From: Bdellovibrionia bacterium | GTDB lineage: Bacteria > Bdellovibrionota > UBA1018 | Direction of reading: 5' to 3' | NCBI GenBank assembly: GCA_049424145.1 | Contig: JBMSSC010000071.1 | Coordinates: forward strand, 1 to 14,285 | DNA: 14,285 bases | Shown: positions 1 to 8,700 of the stretch, piece after piece | Layout: every line of letters starts with the position of its first letter | Numbering within the stretch: position 1 is the stretch's first letter | Notes under the pieces: generated by a model | The model's database searches: none | The model's input: the letters and a program-made list of their open reading frames with translations, nothing else | What the model was told of the DNA's origin: nothing | Program-made: the position numbers and the translations under genes

Positions 1-13
1 AATCTAGAAGAGG

Positions 14-53
14 AAAAAAAAAGGGACAAAGGAGAAAAGATTCTCCTTTGTCC
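14..53 (-). terminator. Rho-independent terminator of the 172-aa gene
   Basis: Perfect 13-bp inverted repeat GGACAAAGGAGAA (24-36) / TTCTCCTTTGTCC (41-53) with a 4-nt loop. On the minus strand it is followed by C and a T9 run (A14-22). It lies 25 nt past the stop at 79. Confidence 0.9.
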
Positions 54-78
54 GGATTCGATCCAGCTCAGAAATCGA

Positions 79-597
79 TTAGATCGTGTCTTGAGAAGGA
101 GCGGAAGTCTGGTCGCCAGCTGGCTCAAGGGTGAGGATGGAGAGGCCGGTTTCAAAGCCGAATCCTAAGGAGCCAGAGACGCCGAGAGAAAGTCTCACGC
201 CGTTCATTGGATTTTGGAAGTTCGAGCTCACGCCAGCGCCCAAGATCACAGCAGCTTGAACGTCAGTGGTCACGTAGTGGCCATAGAGGTCTTCCAGGCT
301 GCCATTGAAGCCGAAGCTGCTTGAGAGGCCGTAGACGTGCAAGTAGCCAGCGCCCACGCGTGCAGAAACGGGGTGACCGCCAATGGTCACGTTGACAGCG
401 CGTTGGCTTTCGTTGCCGTGAACGTCTTTGCAGGTCACCATGCCGGTGCCGCTGAGTTTGAAGTAACCGAGGCCGACTTGGAGTCCTCCGCCTTTTACAT
501 CATAAGCTAAACCGCAGGTGTAAGTGTGAGCCAGAGCAGGTGTGGTTGCACCGAGGGCAGCTAGCAAACCTAAAGCAGGAAGTAAAAACTTTCTCAT
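79..597 (-). CDS. Secreted Gly-rich beta-strand protein, possibly DUF992-like
   Basis: Strong RBS (AAGGAG, 6 nt before ATG) and a Sec signal peptide MRKFLLPALGLLAALGATTPALA|H. The mature part has two Cys and alternating Gly/hydrophobic strands (GGGLQVGLG, LYGHY...AAVILGAG, GSLGFGFETG). The gene has its own terminator. Family resemblance is by eye only (about 0.35). Confidence 0.85.
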   Translation of the reverse strand: MRKFLLPALGLLAALGATTPALAHTYTCGLAYDVKGGGLQVGLGYFKLSGTGMVTCKDVHGNESQRAVNVTIGGHPVSARVGAGYLHVYGLSSSFGFNGSLEDLYGHYVTTDVQAAVILGAGVSSNFQNPMNGVRLSLGVSGSLGFGFETGLSILTLEPAGDQTSAPSQDTI

Positions 598-624
598 AAT
601 TCACTCCTTATTTATTGATAATTG

Positions 625-646
625 TATACCGCTACGTAGCAGTATA
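625..646. promoter_or_regulatory. 22-bp near-perfect palindrome, candidate operator or 5'UTR hairpin
   Basis: TATAC-C-GCTACGTAGC-A-GTATA has one mismatched pair, which is a U-G wobble in the minus-strand RNA. It lies about 28 nt upstream of the 172-aa start in an AT-rich intergenic region and overlaps a minus-strand TATACT. Confidence 0.45.
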
Positions 647-816
647 ATTGGGCTCACTATTACAAAAATCGAATTTAGCTGTCTATTCTTTTTATGGATT
701 TTTTAAAATTTTAGAAAAAAAACTGCTTCAGTATGTTTTGACATGGCGCAAAAATAGATGGAAATTTGATCTATTGAATTTAGTGATTTATTGTTGATTC
801 AGCTTGGATTAATGTT

Positions 817-1686
817 TTACGAATTTTTGCAAATTGAAACATAGAAGTCTAAAATTCGATAGATTTGAGTCGTAAATAATCGGTCTCTCCAACGAATTTG
901 ACCTAAAAAACTAGGGTAAAAAGCAGTTGTTTTTTGATTCAAACTGAGCTTCACTTCTAGTTCTAAGAGGTCGACGCTTAAGCCTAGATCTAAGGCTTTG
1001 AGTAAGGCCTCTTTAGCAGTCCAGATCGCATAAAAAAGTGAAGGATCCGTTCGAATTTGGGCTTTCTCATGCTCAGTTAGCGCGATTGAAATTAAGTCCG
1101 AGTCAAGCGGGAGTTTGATTTTCTCAAGGTCGATTCCAATTTTTGGCTGAAGCCATCTGTGTTTACGTTCATCTCGAGTGTTCGATTGCTTGAGGCTTGG
1201 TTTTTTTTGGCAGGAGAGAAGTGCTGCGCAAGCCCATTCATTGGAATGAGAGATAGAAAGATCATTAAAAAATAGAGATAATATAGAATTGAAATTGGAC
1301 CTTTTATCTGGGTTGAGTTGAGCTTGAGGTCTTCCACTCGGTGAGTTGATGATTTCAAAGGAATGAAGGCAATCCTGCAGCAAAGAATCAGTTCTGGGGC
1401 AGTCAATAAAGAAAGTAAAAGCAGAGTGGTTCACCCATTGAAGTACGACTTTCTTTGCCGCAATTCGTCCGGCAAGCCATTCGTTTTGTCTTTTTTTTGT
1501 TTTCAGTCGATAAAAGAGATCCAGCTCGCGCGGGCTGAGCGAAAACCAGCTCAGGGTCTTCGAGCGCATCAGCTCATTGAGATCTGCTGGAATAGGAGTG
1601 AACGCCCATTCGAGGTAAGTGTTAGGTTCTAGGTCATGAAACTCAGGTTTAAATCCACTGACAGCTGGAGAATCCACAGTCCACAT
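817..1686 (-). CDS. Sfp-type 4'-phosphopantetheinyl transferase
   Basis: Motifs EWLAGRIAAKK, SGRP, SISHS, IGIDLE and FYAIWTAKEALLKALDLGL. The track ORF starts at 1842, 194 nt inside the ER gene. The ATG at 1686 (289 aa) or the GTG at 1677 is more plausible; the start is uncertain. Confidence 0.92.
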   Translation of the reverse strand: MWTVDSPAVSGFKPEFHDLEPNTYLEWAFTPIPADLNELMRSKTLSWFSLSPRELDLFYRLKTKKRQNEWLAGRIAAKKVVLQWVNHSAFTFFIDCPRTDSLLQDCLHSFEIINSPSGRPQAQLNPDKRSNFNSILSLFFNDLSISHSNEWACAALLSCQKKPSLKQSNTRDERKHRWLQPKIGIDLEKIKLPLDSDLISIALTEHEKAQIRTDPSLFYAIWTAKEALLKALDLGLSVDLLELEVKLSLNQKTTAFYPSFLGQIRWRDRLFTTQIYRILDFYVSICKNS

Positions 1687-2554
1687 AGAGGGTTTGACCC
1701 GTGATTTTTTTCGATCGATCGCTGCATAAAAATACGATCGTGTCGGCAACGTCCTGAGCTGTGATGGATTCCTGAATGGCGCTTTTGGACGCAAAGGCGG
1801 CTTGGATTTTTGTCCAGCAGGCTTTGGCAAATTGGAGCTCATCGGTTTCTTGTCCTAGTTCTTGTTCGACTTGTCTTAGGATTTCTAGAAGTTGTGGATC
1901 GGCCTGGAGGCGGAGGGCTTGTGGGTCACGCTTAAGTGCAATAATTTCCGAGAGCGAAGCGAGGGTTTCAATTGGGCCCGCTGAAACGGCATTGATCCGA
2001 ACCTTGTTTTCTCGTCCAAGCTCGAGGGCGAGGAGTTTAACGAGGCTCTCCAAAGCTGCTTTAGCCACTCCCATCATGCCATAAAGGGGCATGGCTCGCT
2101 GTGAGGCCTGAAAGGTGAGGGTAACAATACTCGATCGGGGCCTCAAGTAGGGACGAGCAAATCGAACGAGCTTGGCAAGAGAATGGGTGGAGAGCTCCAG
2201 GGTTTCGGTGAAGTCAGTTGAGCTCACCTCCGAGGCTGCGCAGGTGAAAAGGCTAGAAGGAGCATAGGCAATGGAGTGAATCAGTAGATCGAGGCCATCC
2301 TCTTGAAAGCGCCAGAAGAAGTCCTCAAGCTCATCTGGATTTAAGACATCACACCGTTGTGCTTGAACTCCGGGATACTTCTCCAACAGAGGGCTGATGC
2401 GGCTTAAGAACTTGTGCTGATAGCCAAGGGTGACTTGCGCGCCTGCTTGGTGAAGGCTCTGAGCAATCGCCCAAGCGATGCTTTGGTGATCAGCCACACC
2501 CAGCACGGCTGCTTTTTTTCCAAGTAGAGGAAGGTTCTCATTTGAGTGGTTCAT
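1649..2554 (-). CDS. fabI: FabI/InhA-type enoyl-ACP reductase (SDR) with extended substrate-binding loop
   Basis: GKKAAVLGVADHQSIAWAIA, LIHSIAYAP, catalytic Y158-xx-M-xxx-K165 (YGMMGVAK), RINAVSAGPIETLA and ITGQTLYVDCG. ATGA start/stop overlap with the upstream gene and a GGAG RBS. Confidence 0.9.
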   Translation of the reverse strand: MNHSNENLPLLGKKAAVLGVADHQSIAWAIAQSLHQAGAQVTLGYQHKFLSRISPLLEKYPGVQAQRCDVLNPDELEDFFWRFQEDGLDLLIHSIAYAPSSLFTCAASEVSSTDFTETLELSTHSLAKLVRFARPYLRPRSSIVTLTFQASQRAMPLYGMMGVAKAALESLVKLLALELGRENKVRINAVSAGPIETLASLSEIIALKRDPQALRLQADPQLLEILRQVEQELGQETDELQFAKACWTKIQAAFASKSAIQESITAQDVADTIVFLCSDRSKKITGQTLYVDCGFSSCQWI

Positions 2555-5500
2555 GTCAGAAGGCTCCGAAATGGGATCATTTTTAAGTCTGAAATTTCAG
2601 TGTGAAGCAGGAGATGATGAGGTGAGATCTGTGAAGGATCTGAAAACGGCGTTTTGGACTGATAGAGAAGGAGGTGAAACAAGCCAGGGGATGGGGTTCT
2701 TGCATGAAGGAGAAAAGGTCCTGTTCCTAAGCGTTCAGAAGCAGCCCCGGCTATGACCTTGAGTCTCCCAAGAGAGTGGGGAATGAGCGACTCTCCCTCT
2801 GTCTGACTATGAAGCCACGAGCAGAGGTGAAAGCCTGCTTCGTATGCCCAAGGCTCTGAGTGGTAGAGGTGTGCATCCGGCAGATGAACCAGTTGAGCGT
2901 GAGCCCAAGCTTCGGTTCGGTTCAGAGGTCGAATGGATCGTAAAACCTGAAACCTGGGGCCTAAGGGTATTTGAAGGCGCTCAGCACCGTAAATGGTTGA
3001 ACGCAGCCAATCCGATGACGAACGCATCCCTTCGGGTAAACGGGGAGACTCGCCCGGGCATTCTGGGGCCTGGCCTAAATCCACTTGGGCTTCAAACAGG
3101 GGGGTGAGCTGGGTCTTTTGCTGCACGAATAACTCCACTCGAACCGAGCGCAGGTGAGGTTGAAGGCCAAAAGACGCCTGAGCTTTAATAAAAACTTCGA
3201 CTGAGTGTTGATCGGGAATCTCTAGGCTTTGGAAAATTCTAAAATTTCTCACTCCAAGATACGGATGCTCGGGCAAAATAGCGCGTGCGGCTTGCACCAT
3301 CATTTCCAGTGCAAACGTAGCAGGCAAGAGCAGAACCTGGGAGAATCGATGATCTTCAAGCCAGGGGAGCTCGCCTACGCTGATGGAAGTGCAGGCGTGG
3401 AGGGAGGATCCAGGGTAGAAACGGTGGATTTTTTGAAGAAAGCAGAATGAATCCAAGACGTAGGAATCCTGGAATGCTGGATGGCTTGGTGCTTCTTGCT
3501 TAGGACCAATGCTTTGAGTCTCTCGTTGAATGGTGAGCCCAAGAGCGGGGTTCTCAGGAGTCTTAGATTCAGCGCCCTTCAGGGGAAGAGGAATGGGATC
3601 CTGCTTCTTTTTTTCAATCACCACTTCGCCTGCTTCTCGTCCATAAAGAACCTCCTCGAAAAAAGCCTGTACGCCCTCTGCAGGATTCAGTGGCTCAGCC
3701 TCAGTGCCGCGGATGAGTTCAGCCACTCCGCTGCGGGCTGCCATTCCCACCTCATCCCAAGCACCCCAGGAAAGAGCCAGCCATCGCGTCTCGGGATAGC
3801 GGTGGCCCAGATCCTCAAGAAGGCTCACTGACGCAGCATTAGCAGCAGCGTAGTCACATTGCCCTGGGTTGCCAAAAGTCCCCGCCACGGAACTAAAGAC
3901 ACAAAAAAGTTTTGCCTTTTTCTTGCCTCCCCATTCCCCGAGGTGCTTCAACCCTTGTACTTTGCTTTGGTAAACGCGTAAGAAGGAATCGAAGGTTTTT
4001 TTTTCAAACCTCTGGTCTTCGAGAATTCCTGCGGCATGGATCACCAGGTCGATGGACTCGGGATCGAGTCGTTCTGCTGTCTTGTTCCAGCATTCGTTTT
4101 GCGAGAGGTCACAGCTGATGTATTGAACCTGAGCTCCCGCCTTGAGCAAGGATTCGAGTTTGAGGATCACCTGAGGGTCACTGGCTGGGGTTCTCCCCAG
4201 GAGAATGATTCGCAGGTCGGGTGCGTGTTGAGTCAGAGCAAGAGCAATCTTGTGTCCCAATCCTCCTAATCCTCCTGAGATCAATACCGTACTTCTGGAG
4301 GTGATCTCAAAAGACGCAGAGAGGGAAAAATCAATCTCACTGGGGTGAAGCGTGGGAGTGAGAAATTCGGTCGGAGCCCCTCCGTCCGTGATCATGCGGA
4401 CTTCGGAAACACTTCCTCCAGTCAGGAGCTTCTTCAGTAGGGTAGGAATCGCCTCTGAGGAAGGCTGCAGCGCTTTTTGTTCTTCGACTTCAGCGCGGAG
4501 TTCTCGTTGCTCGATCCAGATGAACTGAGAAGTGGGGAATTCCCATCGGAGCGTTCTGAGTAGACCTTGGGTTGCTCCTGCGAGCTCAGTCATTGCCGAG
4601 AAATTCGGTGAGCCGAGAGGGGGAGTTTTTAAGATGACGGCCACCTGGGCTTGACCTTGGATTTCCTTTAATCGTCTGCTGAGCTCATGAAAGAGCGTGT
4701 CTAAAATGGATTGGGCATGAAGGAGGCCAGTGGCTGGGGGCTCGCAGAGAAAGACCAGTCTTGAGCTCGGGTGTGGTTTAAGAGCTGAGTCATCTTCTGC
4801 TGTTGGAATTTCCGAGGAAGCAGTGGGATGAAAGAAATTCACCGCTGCAAGCTGTCGCGTGAGGTGTTCGGTCCATGGGCTTAAGGCGCAAGTCAACGGG
4901 ATCACACCACCTAAGTAGGGTTCGACTAACGGGATTTCTCCTCGGCTTTGAAGGGGAGTGTCCCAGGTGCCTCTCAGTGATGACCAACAGACGATGGCTC
5001 GTTTTTTTTGGGCCCGCTTTTTCTCCTCTCGGGGAGCGAGGCTCCCTTTTTCAATGAATCGCACCCAATGTCCAAGCGTAGGGAAATCCTTAATACGGAG
5101 GCCAGATTCAAACTGGAGAGCAAAGTACTTTCTTAACTGACCTGCAATCTGTGCTTGCTTAATGGTGTCAATCCCCAGGTCGGCCTCCAGGTCGGCATCC
5201 CGTTGTAACAGATTCAGGTCGTAGCCCGTGTGCGCTTGAGTGATTAAGCAAATCAAATGGAAGATCTCTTCAGCGGTGTAGACCTTTCCTGGTACTGGCT
5301 CAGGGAGGCAGACTCCGCCTAAGACAGAGGAGGAAGAAAGACCTGAGAAGAGGCTGAAGGAGGCTTGGGGGCGTTCGATTCTTCTTTGAGCTAAACGAGG
5401 GAAAAATCCCTCGAGGGTTTCGAGGAACTCGTTGAGAGTCTTTGCTTTTTCTAGAGCACTTGCTAGCTCGGAGAACGAGGGTTGCATCCAGCGGTGGAGT

Positions 5501-5772
5501 GAGGTTTGAGCTTCCAAATGCGAGAGGAAGCGCGCTAGAACCTTTCTTCGTTGAATGGAGCTCACGCCCAGGTCCTCTTTTAGGCCAAGCGGTCCTAAGA
5601 GATTTTCTCGGCCATATCCAGTCACTTCCGCTAGGGCTAACAGCAGGAGTTCTTGAAAACCCATGGGAGGATCCCCGGGATGGGTCGTGGTGCAGCGCTG
5701 GGAATCAGTCCATGCTTCCTCTGCAACACGGGATTTGATGAGGCGAGGCGAGTGATCAAGGCTAGGTTGCAC
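2551..5772 (-). CDS. Iterative PKS/FAS subunit B: ACP-ACP-KR-DH (PfaA C-terminal-like)
   Basis: ACP1 (TGY...EDLGVSSI) and ACP2 (TGY...LEADLGIDTIKQ). KR: ISGGLGGLG, HAAGILED, SSVAGTFGNPGQCDYAAAN, WGAWDEVGM. DH: WLEDHRFSQVLLLP, GPRFQ. GTG start with AAGGA RBS 6 nt upstream, overlapping the upstream gene by 11 nt. An alternative ATG lies at 5664. Confidence 0.9.
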   Translation of the reverse strand: MQPSLDHSPRLIKSRVAEEAWTDSQRCTTTHPGDPPMGFQELLLLALAEVTGYGRENLLGPLGLKEDLGVSSIQRRKVLARFLSHLEAQTSLHRWMQPSFSELASALEKAKTLNEFLETLEGFFPRLAQRRIERPQASFSLFSGLSSSSVLGGVCLPEPVPGKVYTAEEIFHLICLITQAHTGYDLNLLQRDADLEADLGIDTIKQAQIAGQLRKYFALQFESGLRIKDFPTLGHWVRFIEKGSLAPREEKKRAQKKRAIVCWSSLRGTWDTPLQSRGEIPLVEPYLGGVIPLTCALSPWTEHLTRQLAAVNFFHPTASSEIPTAEDDSALKPHPSSRLVFLCEPPATGLLHAQSILDTLFHELSRRLKEIQGQAQVAVILKTPPLGSPNFSAMTELAGATQGLLRTLRWEFPTSQFIWIEQRELRAEVEEQKALQPSSEAIPTLLKKLLTGGSVSEVRMITDGGAPTEFLTPTLHPSEIDFSLSASFEITSRSTVLISGGLGGLGHKIALALTQHAPDLRIILLGRTPASDPQVILKLESLLKAGAQVQYISCDLSQNECWNKTAERLDPESIDLVIHAAGILEDQRFEKKTFDSFLRVYQSKVQGLKHLGEWGGKKKAKLFCVFSSVAGTFGNPGQCDYAAANAASVSLLEDLGHRYPETRWLALSWGAWDEVGMAARSGVAELIRGTEAEPLNPAEGVQAFFEEVLYGREAGEVVIEKKKQDPIPLPLKGAESKTPENPALGLTIQRETQSIGPKQEAPSHPAFQDSYVLDSFCFLQKIHRFYPGSSLHACTSISVGELPWLEDHRFSQVLLLPATFALEMMVQAARAILPEHPYLGVRNFRIFQSLEIPDQHSVEVFIKAQASFGLQPHLRSVRVELFVQQKTQLTPLFEAQVDLGQAPECPGESPRLPEGMRSSSDWLRSTIYGAERLQIPLGPRFQVLRSIRPLNRTEAWAHAQLVHLPDAHLYHSEPWAYEAGFHLCSWLHSQTEGESLIPHSLGRLKVIAGAASERLGTGPFLLHARTPSPGLFHLLLYQSKTPFSDPSQISPHHLLLHTEISDLKMIPFRSLLT

Positions 5773-8700
5773 GGTCGATCCTTGTGGAAAGCGTTCTTAA
5801 GGAGTCCATCCCACTGTCTGAGACAAAAGAGTGATGGGGTTTTGATTCTAAAATTTTCTCGGTAAATCGCGTGAGAATGGACTTGGGTCCGACCTCAACC
5901 CAGATGCGGACGCCCTGATGGAAGAGGGACTCGATGCATTGGGTCCAATTCATGGGGCTTCCGATTTGATTCACGAGGTTTTGACGGACCTCCGAACTGA
6001 GAGAGGAGGATTGGCGGTAGTCCAACTGAGTGAGGTTGCTCATGACGGAAACCCGAGGCGAAGTGATGGGGAGTTGGTCAAAAGCCATTCGGGCTTGGTC
6101 TTCTCCAAGGGCTTTGGCTAAGGGAGAGTGCCAGGCAACGTGGATACCCAGAGGCTCGGAGTCAATTTTGTGTTGGGAGAATAGAAGCCTGAGCGGGGTG
6201 ATGAGCTCAGTGGGAGCTGCGATCACGGTTTGGGTTGAGCAGTTTTTCACGGCCAGGGTGGTCTGAGCGCTCAGGGGTTGAGACCCTTGCAGAATCGCTT
6301 GCGTCTGAGGAGCTGAGCAGAAAACAGCCATCATCCGGCCCGTGTCGCGTCCTTGGTTTTGGTGGGATTTAAAAATCCATCCCCGCTGGTAAGTGGCCAC
6401 TAACGCCTCTTCAAAGGGCATCATCCCTCCTGCGACGCATGCGGCAAATTCTCCTACGCTGTGGCCTAAGTACACATCGCCTGATACGCCCAGTTCGCGA
6501 AGGAGACGGTAGTAGGCCAGGTTGAATGTCAGCAGAACCGGTTGAACCATATGAGTCTCGAGCAAATTCTTCTGAACCGATTCGCGCGAGCTCCACGAAG
6601 TGAAAACTAGTTTCTCCACGGTTTGACCCAGCAGAGGTTCAAGCACTGAGTTGGCCTCTTGGATCGTTCGGCGAAAGACAGGGAATCGCTCATAGAAGGC
6701 TCGACCCATGTCGGGATAAGGGGAGCCGTGTCCGGGGAATAAAAAGGCAATCCTGGGTTTTCTTCGGTGAGTTTTCCGGCGCGATGGACTGAAGTGTGGC
6801 TGGATGGGTTTTTCTCCAACAATCAGGCTCCAGTTGGTTCCCCCGAAGCCAAACGCGTGGACCGCAGCCTGGCGATTGCTTCCCTGATGGCCCGGAGCCC
6901 AAGGGATGAGGTTCTGTGCCACCTCTAAACCTCGTGCCTCGAGCTGAAGTGCAGGGTGGACTGCGTTTTCTACTCTCATGGGAGGGATTTGTTTTTTCTT
7001 TAGGCCTAAGATCACTTTCAGCAGAGCCACGGCCCCTGCAGCCCCGAGCGTATGACCCACCTGGGATTTTACGGATCCAATGAGTAACGGAGGGGAGGAC
7101 CTTGGGCCATACACTTCTGAAAGAGCGCTGAGCTCGATGGAATCCCCTACAGGCGTTCCCGTTGCGTGGCACTCCACGTATTGAATCTGATCGGCTGATC
7201 CTTGAGCGCTCTCCAAAGCGCGTCTCATGGCTAAGGTTTGCCCGAAAACATCGGGTGCCATCATGGAGTGACCCCTGCCGTCGCTGGAGGCTCCGATGCC
7301 GAGAAGAACGGCGTGTACAGGGTCCCCATCTAAAAGCGCATCATCGAGTCGTTTTAGAATCAAAGTGGCCGTTGCTTCGCCCAGTAATATCCCATTGGCT
7401 TGCGTGTCAAAGGGTCTGCTTCCATCGGGCGACAGAGCATGGCATTGAGAGAATAAAATCTGAGTTCCTGGCGTGAGGCTGACGCCTGCTCCCCCGGCCA
7501 GGATCACGCGATGTTTTCTCATTTGTAAGCTGTGCATGGCTGCTCCGATGGCGGCTAGAGAAGAAGCACAGGCTGCATCGAGCGTGGAAAAGGAGCCCTT
7601 TTGAAGATCGAGAGTTTTTGCCACTCGGGCTACGACGGAGTGGAATTGAAGAGACGCTAAGGATTCCTCTGAGGGAAATAGGGACTTGAGTCCCAGTTGG
7701 GAAATGAGACTTTGAAACAAGGCCTCCTTCTCCGTAATGGAGATGACTTTCACTTGAGGAAGATAAAATTCGAGTCGAAACAGGAGGATCTGAAGGGAAA
7801 GCATCCAGCCTGCTTGATTGCAGCTTTTGGACTCCCCAATGAGGATTTCATCGATGGGAAGGGTGCTGAGTTCGGGGCTAGATCCAGGAGGGAGCCCGAA
7901 TGGGTTTTTCGACGTCCCTAAGCCCCAGTGCTTAAGGCTCTGGAGGGTGGAGTCCAGAAATTGCCGTTGTATGGGATCGAGAATGCTTAGAACCGATGGC
8001 GGGATTCCTAGCCCAAGCTCCGGTAGAGTGGGAGTCCAGGTGAGTGCCGCTTGATCGGCTCGGGAGAGTGCCAGGTTCGTGGGTGCGTTGGGGTGCTTCT
8101 GGGAGTGAACAAAGAGCTCTTTGTGTTCTGCGTAAAAAGAGTCTGAAAGCGGTGCGATGAAGGACTTTTGAGATACGAGGTTCTCCCAGAAGTTCTCGGG
8201 ATTTGAGCTTCCGGGAAGATTGGCGCCATATCCGATAACAGCAATGGGAGTTGGTTTTTGTTTGGGTCGCTGTTCTAAGCTGCTCCAGCGATTCTTCAGG
8301 ACAAAATTTTTGGGGTTCCATTTTTCAATAATCAGATGGTAGGCCGATCCCCATCCTCCAAAACTGCTCAGGGCAGCTTGAATAGGCTTGTCAGGGCTCT
8401 CACCATGAGATCGGGGATGATCGGTGACCCAGGAAAACGGCAGCGGTGAAGCTGGGGGGAGTTCTGGAAACCACACGTCTTGATTGAATGCCAAGAGCAC
8501 CTTGGCTAAAGAGGCCGCTGCGTGGGCTCCTGCCATAAAGCCGTGTTGACTCGCCAGGTGTCCAAGCTGAAGGTCCGGGTGTTTGCCGTACACCGATTCA
8601 AGTGCTTGCCGTTCTGCCTGATCCTCCCAGGGGACTCCAGATCCTTGGGTCTCCAGATGATGAATCTGCTGGGGATCGCTTTGGGCTTGATGAAGAGCCG

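Noticed and set aside
738..770. Perfect TTGACA on the + strand
   Set aside because: There is no acceptable -10 at 16-18 bp spacing, and it points antisense into the PPTase 3' end.
1687..1842. N-terminal 52 aa of the 341-aa PPTase ORF as given in the track
   Set aside because: It lies wholly inside the ER gene and has no PPTase-like sequence, so it is likely an ORF-caller extension.
5762..5799. Programmed +1 frameshift fusing subunits A and B (CTT-TCC near the end of A)
   Set aside because: The shared open window is only about 35 nt and there is no adjacent stop or stimulator. A good RBS plus GTG explains independent initiation.
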